Origin: a virus
Lineage: Duplodnaviria; Caudoviricetes
Direction: 5' to 3' (one strand)
Length of the DNA stretch: 35,171 nucleotides
IMG/VR virus record: IMGVR_UViG_3300020161_000951
Coordinates: 1 to 35,171 of that record
Shown here: piece after piece, positions 15,877 through 26,400 of the stretch
How positions within the stretch are numbered: position 1 is the first letter of the stretch
How the letters are laid out: every line of letters starts with the position of its first letter
Program-made: the position numbers and the translations under genes
Notes under the pieces: generated by a model
Told to the model about the DNA's origin: nothing
The model's input: the letters and a program-made list of their open reading frames with translations, nothing else
Database searches by the model: none

Positions 15877-16323
15877 ATGGCGAAAATATCAATATCAAGC
15901 GTAAAGGCTCTCTTTCAAACTGGAGACCGCCCAACACAGGAAAACTATGAAGACCTAATTGATAGTGCTTCTGCTAGGTCCACTGATCTTGGATCAGATG
16001 GCAATAATGAATTAACAATCAATGGTATTGAAAATTCAACAGTATTTGATAATTTTTTAGCAAGTGAGTTTAGATCAATGAAGTATGTGATCTCTCTTAA
16101 ATATGTAGCTGGTGGTGGAAATAAGTATTTCACTACATCAATGGATATTCTGGTTGACGGAACAGATGTTAGCGTCAGTCAGTATGGAACAATAGATAAT
16201 GATGGGAATATTGGCACCATCTCTGTTTCACGGGCTGGAGATACAGTTTCACTAACTGTTGTCCCAGTAGGGGGAATAACACCTATAACTTTGCGCTATA
16301 TGCGTATGGGGTTAAAGGCCTAA
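15877..16323 (+). CDS. putative fibre-associated structural protein
   Basis: FQTGDRPTQENYEDLIDS motif; C-terminal beta domain resembles the C-terminus of 16339; leaderless TGATATAAT at 15862-15870. Confidence 0.7.
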   Translation: MAKISISSVKALFQTGDRPTQENYEDLIDSASARSTDLGSDGNNELTINGIENSTVFDNFLASEFRSMKYVISLKYVAGGGNKYFTTSMDILVDGTDVSVSQYGTIDNDGNIGTISVSRAGDTVSLTVVPVGGITPITLRYMRMGLKA

Positions 16324-16338
16324 CCAAGGAGATATAAG

Positions 16339-18147
16339 ATGGCAACAGTAGTAAAAGATTTTAGAGTAAAAGCGGGACTGGTAGTTGAAGGATCAACTGC
16401 GACCGTTAATGGAAAAAATATTATCACAGCAGGCACAGTTGATGCTAAGGGTGATTTACTAGTAGGTAGCGCAGATGATACCGTTATTCGTTTAGCCGTT
16501 GGTGGAACCAATGGACACGTTTTAACAGTAGATAGTTCAACCGCATCAGGATTAGCCTATGCAGCCCCAGCAGCAGTTGGTGTATTTAATGAAAGCATTG
16601 TATTTGAAGGTGCTACAGCAAATGATTTTGAAACAACAGTTGCAGTAACTGACCCAACAGCAGACCGCACTATCACTTTCCCAGACGCAACTGGAACAGT
16701 CGCACTCACTTCAGATATTACAGTAACAGCATCATCAACAACTACATTTACTAACAAGACATTAACATCACCAAAGATTAACGAAGATGTTGTTATGTCT
16801 GCAAGTTCTACAGAACTTAATATTCTTGATGGAGCAACACTATCTACAACAGAGCTTAACTATGTTGATGGTGTTACATCAGCAATTCAAACTCAACTAG
16901 ATGATAAGTCAACTGCAAGCAAAACTGAAACATTAACAAACAAGTCAATTTCTCTTGGTTCAAATACAGTTACTTCAACTCTTGCTCAGCTAAACACTGC
17001 AGTTTCTGATGCCGATGTAGCTTCTCTTGCTGGAGCAGAAACCCTTACAAATAAGACACTTACAAGCCCAGTAGTTTCAGGACTTACACTTTCAGACGGT
17101 TCAATCGTTCTTGAAGGTGCAACCGCTGATGCTCATGAGACGACTCTTACAGTAACTGATCCAACAGCAGACCGCACAATAACTTTCCCAGATGCTACAG
17201 GAACTGTTGCTCTTACAAATAATAAGTTAAACGCATTTGCTGCAACATCTTCATCAGAACTTGCTGGAATTATTTCAGATGAGACTGGCACTGGAGCTCT
17301 TGTTTTTGCTAATACTCCAACACTTGTAACACCAAACATTGGTGCTGCAACTGGAACATCTTTGGTTCTTTCAGGGGACCTAACAGTTAACGGAACAACA
17401 ACTACAATTAACTCAACAGAAATTACAGTTGATGATAAGAATCTTACACTTGGTTCAGTAGCAACTCCAACTGATGCAGGTGCAGACGGTGGTGGTATTA
17501 CTCTTAAAGGTGCTACAGACAAGACTCTTAGCTGGGTAGATGCAACTGATTCTTGGACATCTTCTGAGCACTTTGATCTTGCTTCTGGCAAGGTATTAAA
17601 GGTTAACGGAACCCAAGTTCTTTCAGCAACAGAATACACTGGAAATGCTGCAACAGTAACAAATGGTGTTTATACAACAAGTAAGATTTCAGCACTTGCT
17701 GCAACATCATCTTCAGAACTAGCAGGAGTCATATCAGATGAAACAGGAACTGGCGCATTAGTATTTGCTAACACACCAACTCTTGTTACTCCAAACATTG
17801 GCGCAGCAACAGCAACATCTATCACACTGACAGATGCTTTGCTTGGAACTGCTACAGCAACCGCATCAACTTCAGCAACAACAATTGACACATGGTCAGC
17901 AACAACTTATTCATCTGCAAAGTATATTGTTCAAATGAAAAAGGGCACTGACATTGAAGTAATTGAACTACTTGTTACAGTTGATGGCTCAAATAACGTT
18001 TACTTAACAGAGTATGCAGATGTAATCAGTAATACCCAACTAGGAACAACAGATGCTGTTTATAGCAGCGGAAACGTTCTTCTACAGGTTACTGGCGCAG
18101 CAATAGATACTGTTGTTAAAGTTAACAAAGTTTATATCGAAGCATAA
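16339..18147 (+). CDS. long modular tail-fibre protein
   Basis: Repeated ETLTNKTL, DPTADRTITFPDATGT and SDETGTGALVFANTPTL modules; RBS AAGGAG. Confidence 0.85.
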   Translation: MATVVKDFRVKAGLVVEGSTATVNGKNIITAGTVDAKGDLLVGSADDTVIRLAVGGTNGHVLTVDSSTASGLAYAAPAAVGVFNESIVFEGATANDFETTVAVTDPTADRTITFPDATGTVALTSDITVTASSTTTFTNKTLTSPKINEDVVMSASSTELNILDGATLSTTELNYVDGVTSAIQTQLDDKSTASKTETLTNKSISLGSNTVTSTLAQLNTAVSDADVASLAGAETLTNKTLTSPVVSGLTLSDGSIVLEGATADAHETTLTVTDPTADRTITFPDATGTVALTNNKLNAFAATSSSELAGIISDETGTGALVFANTPTLVTPNIGAATGTSLVLSGDLTVNGTTTTINSTEITVDDKNLTLGSVATPTDAGADGGGITLKGATDKTLSWVDATDSWTSSEHFDLASGKVLKVNGTQVLSATEYTGNAATVTNGVYTTSKISALAATSSSELAGVISDETGTGALVFANTPTLVTPNIGAATATSITLTDALLGTATATASTSATTIDTWSATTYSSAKYIVQMKKGTDIEVIELLVTVDGSNNVYLTEYADVISNTQLGTTDAVYSSGNVLLQVTGAAIDTVVKVNKVYIEA

Positions 18148-18164
18148 TTAGAAAGAGGTAGATT

Positions 18165-18617
18165 GTGGCAACAGTAAATAAGGACTTTAGAGTAAAGCAC
18201 GGCATTGCAGTAGCCGAAGGCGGAACTTTTGGAGGAACTGTTACAGTTGCCACTCCTACTGAAAATACACATGCAGCAACAAAGCTTTATGTAGATTCAG
18301 CTGTAGGAACACCAACAATTGGAACTACACAACCAGCATCTCCAGTAAATGGAAATTTATGGTTTGATACGTTAACAGAGCGTGTTCATATTTATTATGA
18401 TTCTGAATGGGTAGCAATTGCAACCCTTCAAGACGCAGAAACGCTACAAGACCATATACATGATACTGCTATTGATGGTAGTGGGCTAATTGTTAGCACA
18501 TTTATTAGTGGTGGAGCATATAATGAACCAGGAGTTTTAGTAAGTGCTGGTTTATACAATACCGCAAGTTTTGAAGCAACATACGATGGCGGAGTAGCAA
18601 CTGATAATTTTAACTAA
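18165..18617 (+). CDS. short fibre-like protein sharing the MATVxKDFRVK N-terminus with 16339
   Basis: GTG start with RBS AGAGG; AATKLYVD and GNLWFDT fibre motifs. Confidence 0.75.
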   Translation: MATVNKDFRVKHGIAVAEGGTFGGTVTVATPTENTHAATKLYVDSAVGTPTIGTTQPASPVNGNLWFDTLTERVHIYYDSEWVAIATLQDAETLQDHIHDTAIDGSGLIVSTFISGGAYNEPGVLVSAGLYNTASFEATYDGGVATDNFN

Positions 18618-18660
18618 TTATCTGATATAATATAAACAGGGGACACAGAAGGAGTTTTAA

Positions 18661-20451
18661 ATGGCAACAAGAATGCAACAGCGTAGAGGAACCGCCTCTC
18701 AGTGGACTTCTGCAAACCCAGTATTAAATGCTGGTGAAATGGGTTGGGAATCTGATACTAATAAATTTAAAATTGGTGATGGAACAAACCACTGGGCTGA
18801 TCTAGACTATTTTTCTGACATTAACTCCACAGTAAATCCTGCTTTTGGAACTAGCATTACTTTTGAAGGTGCTACCGCCGATTCATATGAAACTACTATT
18901 CAAGTAACAGACCCTACCGCAGACCGCACAATTACAATTCCTAACGTAACAGGAACAGTTATTACAACTGGAAACCTCTCAGATATTACAGACATTGGTG
19001 TATTTACTTCAACAATTACAATGGAAGGTTCTACTGCAGATTCTTTTGAGCTAACACTTTCAGCAGGAGACCCAACAGCAGATCGCACATTAACATTTCC
19101 TGATGCAACAGATACATTAGTTGGTAGAGCAACAACAGATACACTTACAAACAAGTCAATTTCACTTGGTTCAAATACAGTTACTTCAACTCTTGCTCAG
19201 TTAAACACTGCAGTTTCTGATGCCGATGTAGCTTCACTTGCTGGAACTGAAACCCTTACAAATAAAACAGTTGCTCTTGGCTCAAACACAGTATCAGGAA
19301 CAATTGCACAATTTAATACAGCAGTTACTGATGCAGACCTTGCTACACTTGCAGGAACAGAAACTTTAACAAATAAAACTTTAACAAGCCCTAAGATTAA
19401 TGAAGATGTTGCAGTAACTGCCACCGCTACAGAATTAAACTATGTAGATGGCGTAACTTCTGCAATTCAGACTCAACTAGATGCTAAGGCTCCTCTTGCA
19501 GCACCAGCATTTACAGGAACTGCAACAGCAGTTAACTTAACAATTTCTGGGGATTTGACAGTAAACGGAACTACAACAAATATTAACTCAACTAGCCTTG
19601 TAGTAGAAGACAAGAACGTTGTTCTTGGTGATGTTGCAACACCTACAGATATAACTGCCGATGGTGGCGGTATCACATTAAAGGGCGCAACCGATAAAAC
19701 AATTAACTGGATAGATGCTACAGATGCTTGGACATCTTCAGAAGATTTTAACCTAGTAACAGGAAAAGTTTATGAAATTAATGGAACATCAGTTCTTTCT
19801 GGTTCAACACTTGGCTCTGGAGTTACAGGATCTTCACTTACATCCGTAGGAACAATCACATCTGGAACTTGGAACGGAACAACAATTGCAGTAGCAAATG
19901 GTGGAACAGGAATTACATCATTCGGAACAGGTGTTGCTACATTCCTTGGAACTCCTTCATCTGCAAACTTAGCAGCAGCCGTAACAGGTGAAACTGGATC
20001 AGGTTCCCTAGTATTTTCTCAGACACCAACATTAACAAATGCAGTATTATCAAATGCAATTTTACAAGGACCAGAAGAGCGTTTATCTGTATCTGCAACT
20101 GCAGCAACTGGAACAATTCCTTTAGATGTTTTAACAAGTGGTATTTTATACTATACTTCAAATGCAAGCGCTAACTGGACACTAAATGTTCGTGGAAGCT
20201 CAGGAACTACTCTTAATGATAGCTTAACTACAAATGACTCAATTACAGTTGTTTTCTTTGTTACAAATGGCGAAACTCCATATTATCAAACAGGATTCCA
20301 AATTGATGGTTCTGCTGTAACTCCAAAGTGGCAAAATGGAACTGCTCCAGCAGCAGGAAATGCAAACAGCATTGATATTTATTCATACACTATAGTAAAA
20401 ACAGGAAATGCTGCCTTTACAGCATTTGGATCACAGACAAAGTTCGCATAA
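18661..20451 (+). CDS. tail-fibre protein with Mtd_N/hyaluronidase-like N-terminal domain
   Basis: QRRGTASQWTSANPVLNAGEMGWESDTNKFKIGDG..W..L.Y signature; modules shared with 16339; RBS AAGGAG; TGATATAAT at 18623-18631. Confidence 0.85.
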   Translation: MATRMQQRRGTASQWTSANPVLNAGEMGWESDTNKFKIGDGTNHWADLDYFSDINSTVNPAFGTSITFEGATADSYETTIQVTDPTADRTITIPNVTGTVITTGNLSDITDIGVFTSTITMEGSTADSFELTLSAGDPTADRTLTFPDATDTLVGRATTDTLTNKSISLGSNTVTSTLAQLNTAVSDADVASLAGTETLTNKTVALGSNTVSGTIAQFNTAVTDADLATLAGTETLTNKTLTSPKINEDVAVTATATELNYVDGVTSAIQTQLDAKAPLAAPAFTGTATAVNLTISGDLTVNGTTTNINSTSLVVEDKNVVLGDVATPTDITADGGGITLKGATDKTINWIDATDAWTSSEDFNLVTGKVYEINGTSVLSGSTLGSGVTGSSLTSVGTITSGTWNGTTIAVANGGTGITSFGTGVATFLGTPSSANLAAAVTGETGSGSLVFSQTPTLTNAVLSNAILQGPEERLSVSATAATGTIPLDVLTSGILYYTSNASANWTLNVRGSSGTTLNDSLTTNDSITVVFFVTNGETPYYQTGFQIDGSAVTPKWQNGTAPAAGNANSIDIYSYTIVKTGNAAFTAFGSQTKFA

Positions 20452-20465
20452 GGGGGGAATAGCAG

Positions 20466-21245
20466 ATGCCTATTATTGGTGGTAGAGGAGCTGGTGTAAG
20501 AGGTCTTGGATTTCAGGGTGCAGGAAAGCCTAACGCTCCAGTAAGCGTATCTGCAACAGATGCTGGAACTGGACGTGCATTCAATAATGGATCAGCAAGT
20601 GTATCTTTCTCATCAGGTGGATCAAATGGTGCACCGATTACATCCTTTACAGTTATTTCTTCTCCTGGATCCTATACAGCATCTGGTGCAACATCACCAT
20701 TAACTGTAACAGGATTACAATCTAATACTGCCTATACCTTTACAGTAACAGCAACAAACTCAGTTGGAACTTCAGATGCCTCTAGTGCATCTAGTTCTAT
20801 AACAGCAACCACTGTTCCAGCAACTCCAGCAGCTCCAACCGTAACAACAGCAGCTCTTGCAGATACTGTTACTTGGGTTGCTCCAGCAACTGGTGGAAGC
20901 GCTATTACTGGATACACATGGGCTTCTTCTGATAGTAAAACTGGAACAGTTAGCGGAGCAACTCTATCTGTTGTTGTTACTCAAGAAGCAAACACTTCAC
21001 AAACATATACTGTTTATGCTACCAATGCTAATGGTAATTCTGTAACTTCATCTGCTTCTGGCAGTGTTACAACACCACCGTTCTTCCCACCGTTCTTCCC
21101 ATTCTTTCCACCGTTCTTTCCACCGTTCTTCCCATTCTTTCCATTCTTCCCGTTCTTCCCGTTCTTCCCACCTTCATTCCCGTTCTTCCCACCGTTCTTC
21201 CCACCTTCATTCCCGTTCTTCCCACCTAGATTTGGTGGATTCTAA
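20466..21245 (+). CDS. two-FN3-domain protein with a 56-aa C-terminal Pro/Phe repeat tail
   Basis: MPIIGG start; two FN3 repeats (GGSAITGY, YTFTVTATN); tail ending RFGGF. Confidence 0.85.
   Translation: MPIIGGRGAGVRGLGFQGAGKPNAPVSVSATDAGTGRAFNNGSASVSFSSGGSNGAPITSFTVISSPGSYTASGATSPLTVTGLQSNTAYTFTVTATNSVGTSDASSASSSITATTVPATPAAPTVTTAALADTVTWVAPATGGSAITGYTWASSDSKTGTVSGATLSVVVTQEANTSQTYTVYATNANGNSVTSSASGSVTTPPFFPPFFPFFPPFFPPFFPFFPFFPFFPFFPPSFPFFPPFFPPSFPFFPPRFGGF
21075..21242 (+). repeat. coding tandem repeat, 9/12-nt PFF/PPFF/PPSF units
   Basis: Encodes 23 Pro and 28 Phe in 56 codons. Confidence 0.95.
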
Positions 21246-21304
21246 AAACTATTAACTTAATAGTAAATTAAAAAGAACAAAGCTCTAACCCTAAAGTATA
21301 GATT

Positions 21305-21336
21305 AACACGTCTTAAACAGGCGTGTTTTTCTTTTT
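21305..21336 (+). terminator. intrinsic terminator
   Basis: AACACGTCT-TAAAC-AGGCGTGTT followed by TTTCTTTTT. Confidence 0.75.
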
Positions 21337-21409
21337 AAAATCATGATATACTAAGAGAACTTCCAAAAAAGAGAAGTCCTCAATCAAATACTTGAAAGGT
21401 ATAATATAA

Positions 21410-23440
21410 ATGTCAGAAGTTTTTTCGTTTCGTCTATCAGAAGATTTTGTAAATAAATATAATAATATCCCAGCACCATTTGGATTTTCAGATGCAGGAT
21501 CTAACTCGTTGGGAGAAATTACTTTTATTAGAACATATTCTCGCATGAAAGAGGATGGAACAAAAGAGCGTTGGCATGAAGTTTGTCGCCGTGTAATTGA
21601 GGGTATGTATTCAGTTCAAAAAAATCATGCTAAAGATAATCGTTTACCTTGGAATGATAACAAAGCACAGAAGTCTGCTCAAGAAGCTTTTCAAAGAATG
21701 TTTGAATTAAAATGGACACCTCCAGGACGTGGGCTATGGGCATTTGGAACTCCTATGACTATGGAAAAGCGCAACTCCGCATCCCTTCAAAATTGTGCAA
21801 TGGTATCCACTCGTGATATTGATCGTAATGATCCAGGAGCCCTTTTTGCTTGGGTAATGGATGCTTTAATGTTAGGTATAGGTGTAGGGTTTGATACTAT
21901 TGGGCAAGATAAAAATATGCCTATTTATGGACCTACAGAACCAGAAAATGTTTGGGATATTCCAGATACCCGTGAGGGCTGGGTAGATTCAGTTAGAATG
22001 CTACTTAATTCATACCTACGTCCAAACCAATCTATTCAAAAGTTTAACTATGACCTTATCCGTCCACTAGGAGCCCCCATTAAGGGCTTTGGTGGCATTG
22101 CTAGCGGTCCAGCACCTTTGATTGCACTACATGACAAGATCAATAATGTAGTAGGCGCTAGAGCTGGAGAAACACTTGATTCTAGAGCTATTGTCGATAT
22201 CGTAAATCTTATTGGAACATGTGTTGTTTCTGGAAATGTTCGTCGTTCTGCTACCCTGGCACTTGGCTCTCCAGGAGATGATACTTTTATCAATCTTAAA
22301 AATCCTGAAGTATTCCCAGAAAGAAATTCATATGATCCAGATAAACCAGGATGGGCATGGATGAGTAACAACTCTATTGCTGCTGAGGTTGGAACAAAAT
22401 ATGAAGACTATGTAGATTTAATTGCAGATAATGGTGAGCCAGGTTTTATTTGGCTTGATGTTGCTAGAAACTTTGGTCGTCTTGCAGATCCTGCAGATGG
22501 AAAAGACTCTAGAGTTATGGGATTTAATCCTTGTGCAGAGCAGCCATTAGAGTCATACGAATTATGCACACTTGTAGAAGTTCATTTAAATCGCCATGAA
22601 TCTAAGGAAGATTTTCTTAAGACATTAAAGTTTGCATACCTATATGGTAAAACTGTAACTCTTCTTCCAACACATTGGCAACAGACAAACGGTATTATGC
22701 AACGTAACCGTAGAATTGGAACATCACTTACTGGTATTGCATCATTTGCAGATGAGAATGGTTTGCCAACTGTTCGTGAATGGATGGATGAAGGATATCA
22801 AAAGATTCGTCACTACGATCATGAATATTCTGAGTGGCTATGTGTTCGTGAATCAATTCGTGTAACAACAGTAAAGCCATCAGGCTCTGTCTCACTTCTT
22901 TCTGGTGCGACTCCTGGAGTTCACTGGGGTCCTGGAGGAGAGTTTTATCTCCGTGCTATTCGTTTTGGTAATACTGATCCTATGCTTTATTTATTTAAAG
23001 CAGCGGGATATAAAATTGAAGATGACTTAGTATCAGCAAATACTTCAGTAATATATTTTCCAATAGCATCAGGACATAAACGTTCTGAAAAAGAAGTTAG
23101 CCTATTTGAAAAGATTGGTCTAGCAGCAACTGCTCAAAAGTATTGGTCAGATAATGGTGTCTCTGTAACTCTTTCATTTGACAAAGAAGAAGAGACTAAA
23201 TTTATTGCTCCAGCTCTTAATATGTATGAGGGACAACTAAAGGCAGTTTCATTCCTTCCAATGGGCAATAAAACTTATCCACAACAACCTTATACCGAGA
23301 TTACTCGTGAAGAGTATAATTCTCATGTAGGTAAAATTGGTAAGATTGACTGGTCTGCTATTTATGATGGAGTAGAAAATCTTGAGGCTGCTGGAGAAGC
23401 ATATTGCTCTACAGATGCCTGTGAAATTAAATTATATTAA
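21410..23440 (+). CDS. nrdJ: class II adenosylcobalamin-dependent ribonucleotide reductase (monomeric RTPR type)
   Basis: PPGRGL, LQNC, GNVRRSA, NPCAEQ thiyl-radical loop, TTVKPSG, C-terminal CSTDAC redox pair. Confidence 0.95.
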   Translation: MSEVFSFRLSEDFVNKYNNIPAPFGFSDAGSNSLGEITFIRTYSRMKEDGTKERWHEVCRRVIEGMYSVQKNHAKDNRLPWNDNKAQKSAQEAFQRMFELKWTPPGRGLWAFGTPMTMEKRNSASLQNCAMVSTRDIDRNDPGALFAWVMDALMLGIGVGFDTIGQDKNMPIYGPTEPENVWDIPDTREGWVDSVRMLLNSYLRPNQSIQKFNYDLIRPLGAPIKGFGGIASGPAPLIALHDKINNVVGARAGETLDSRAIVDIVNLIGTCVVSGNVRRSATLALGSPGDDTFINLKNPEVFPERNSYDPDKPGWAWMSNNSIAAEVGTKYEDYVDLIADNGEPGFIWLDVARNFGRLADPADGKDSRVMGFNPCAEQPLESYELCTLVEVHLNRHESKEDFLKTLKFAYLYGKTVTLLPTHWQQTNGIMQRNRRIGTSLTGIASFADENGLPTVREWMDEGYQKIRHYDHEYSEWLCVRESIRVTTVKPSGSVSLLSGATPGVHWGPGGEFYLRAIRFGNTDPMLYLFKAAGYKIEDDLVSANTSVIYFPIASGHKRSEKEVSLFEKIGLAATAQKYWSDNGVSVTLSFDKEEETKFIAPALNMYEGQLKAVSFLPMGNKTYPQQPYTEITREEYNSHVGKIGKIDWSAIYDGVENLEAAGEAYCSTDACEIKLY

Positions 23441-23467
23441 TCTCCATCCTGCTATAATAGGGTTATC

Positions 23468-26400
23468 ATGTCTAACCCATCAAATCTATATGCAGAAAAG
23501 ATATATTCAGAGCACCCATTGGTGCTTTGGGCATTAGATGATGCGTCTGACTATATTAGCCTTATTTCAGAAACTCAGCGGAATATACAAACTCAATGGA
23601 CTACTACAGGTGGAACATCACTAGTATCAACTATAGATAATGAACCATTTCCAGATAGCATAACAACAAGGCTAAGGGGAACTGTTCCAGTTGGTGCTAC
23701 TGGAAGTGTAACTTCTATCAGTTCCGATCTTGTTAATTTTTCTGATCTAAATTCAGAGCTTGCTACATTTTGTGTTGGTTCATATTTTTATTCAAATAGC
23801 GCATATATTAAATCTATATCTATTGGATATGAATATACAGATACAACCACTTCCCAAATTGTTCAAAAACTAGAAACATTTGAAACAACCCTATTTCAAA
23901 ATTGGGCATTTATTTCAAAAACATTTGAAACTCCAAATGAATATACAAACCTACGTGCAGTAATTAAAATAACATATTTAACTGGTGGAGCTAGCTCAAC
24001 AGACTATGAATTTTATTTAAATGGAATTACTTTAGGACAGTGGTCAGAAGAATTTAATACTACATCTCTTGGTGTAACTCCATCAGTATTTCCATCTGAC
24101 ATAGCTATAACTACTACAGACAAAGTAATTCCAGCATCAGCTTATGGTATTTCTTCAGATCAAGGATATTACTTAGTAAACAATAATGCGTTGCTTGCAA
24201 AAAATACTAGTATACCTTTAGTCTATGGTGCATCAGGAGTTACAAAACTAATACCTAATACATCTGGGAAGCCTTCTTTAATAGTTCCTGGTAAAGGATT
24301 TTTAAATGAAGTTGGAAGATATAAAGAATATACCGTAGAGTTTTGGGCAAGAATAAATTCTGATACAGTAGAGCCTAAAAGAATATTTGGTCCAATTGTT
24401 GGATCTAATGGACTTTATGTAGAGTCTGGATTTTTAACTTTAGTTCTTGGTGATAGTTTTGCTTCGCATTTTGTTGGCGAATGGGTAAGGCCAATGCTTA
24501 TTCAAATTCGTATAATTAATAATTCTGCAACAATGATACTGAATGGTGAAGAAGTAATATCTTTAACAATAGATACTGCTAATATGGAATTGCCAAGTGA
24601 AATTGTTAATGGAGATTCACAAGATTGGCTTGGTTTTTATGCATATGAAAATGTTTCTCCAATAGAAATAGATTGTGTTGCCATATATTCATACCAAGTT
24701 CCAATAACGGTTGCTAAAAGACGATGGGTCTATGGCCAAGGAGTTCTTTCTCCTGAAGGAATTAACTCTGCTTACGGAGGAACTTCTGCATTTATAGATT
24801 ATCCATTTGCAGATTATACGGCTAACTATAACTATCCAGGTTTTGCACAATGGCAACAGGGGGCCTTTGATAATTTAGTTACAACGTCTACGGTATTAAC
24901 AACTCCAGAATATTCACTACCCGAAATTTCAACAGGATCAAAAACATTAAATGAGCTTTATTTAGATAATCAAGAAATCCAAGAGGTTGCTTCTGGGCTT
25001 ACAGTGCCAAACAAGTTTATTACATTTAGACCAAATAATACTTGGAATTCAAAACAATGTTATTTTAATTTTCCACAATTCAATCTTTTAAAAGATCAGG
25101 TTAGGTCTGTCTATGCAGTTTTTAATACAACTGATATTGGGCCAGAATCTGGAACAATACAGCCACAAACACTTCTTAAAATATATAACTCTATAAATGG
25201 TGATTTTTTTATTATTAGACAAGAAGAAGATTTGATTAAATATGTTTTAAGTTCTAACGGAGTAGAAGAGTTACTTTACACAACGGCCAATCTTCAATCA
25301 GGCCAGTTGTTTTCGGTAGGCATAAACCTTGAAACAATAACAAATAAATTTGGAGAAAACCTTTCATCCTTTTTTGGAACTCAAAATTCATTAAAGCTAT
25401 ATGTGGGAGGAGATGAAGGAGAAGAAAATACGTTTACTGGTAAAATTTATTCTGTTGGACTATCTACTGCATCTAATGCAGCTGAAATAGAAAATTACTT
25501 TGACGAATCTGGTTTTGTATTGTTTGATGATTTATCAGAAAGCGGAACAACTGCAGAAACTTCTACAGAATTAATTAATCACACAGCAAGCTATACATTA
25601 CTACCAACAGAAGCATATGATAAATTCTTTTTGGATATTGGAGTATCTGGATACTGGCAAGATTATTTACCTTTGTCATACTTTGCACAATTTGTAACAA
25701 ATGATGTTGGCAATGAGTTTTATGATTTAGATTTTTTACAATTTAATATTGGATACCCTTCCCCAGATAAATTGTTAGAGTCAGAATCAATTGTAGAAAA
25801 CTGGACTTATTCTGATTTAAAGAATGAATATAAAAATCCAGTTCAAAAAACATATGAGCAACTAGGTAATATATTATATACTGGCTGGGCAGACTATGAA
25901 GACATGCTACAAAAATCTGCAAAATATTATGAATATGATACAACAAGTGCTTCAATTAGAAGCTATCTAACATTCCAGTATGTTGCTGACGGAGCAAATG
26001 CTTTACAAGATTCTTTTACTATAACAGAAACTCCAAAAAGTAATAAAATAATAGACATGGATGAACATGCACAGTGGGCTAATACTAAATTTGAAATTAT
26101 TGATAACACTTTAATATACCCCACAAAAACTGTTGATTTTAATGATTTAGCTGTTGTATTTCATTTAGAGTTTAATTTAAGGAATACGCTAACAAAGCCA
26201 ATTAAACTTAGCAGGCTAGAGTTTGCTTCACAAGCACTAAGTGAAAATTCTTTTAATCCAATTGGAACTCGTTTTGGACTTAACCTATTTCCGTATAAAC
26301 GATCTGGAATATATTATGACTATAAATCTAAAAATCCATTTAGTATATATAAAGGAAGCACACCATATTTATACTTAGATAGAAAAAGTGGAATACAGGT

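Noticed and set aside
16557-19676. Several Val/Ala/Ser-rich antisense ORFs opposite the fibre genes (also 29978-30454 and others)
   Set aside because: Shadow ORFs caused by ACN/GCN codon bias on the coding strand; no initiation signals.
18661-20451. Diversity-generating retroelement target (Mtd-like N-terminus)
   Set aside because: Only the N-terminal Mtd-like domain is recognisable. There is no reverse transcriptase in the window, and the 119-nt repeat pair is mid-gene in two coding regions without a one-directional adenine-specific mismatch pattern.
21064-21255. His/Arg/Ser-repeat ORF in an alternative frame, and the antisense MGR-repeat ORF at 7263-7448
   Set aside because: By-products of the 9/12-nt PFF repeat; they have no RBS or promoter, and the PFF frame is continuous with FN3 domains.
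21246-21409. NrdR boxes or a cobalamin riboswitch upstream of nrdJ
   Set aside because: No convincing tandem NrdR palindromes; the region is too short and AT-rich for a B12 riboswitch, and the one hairpin is explained as a terminator.
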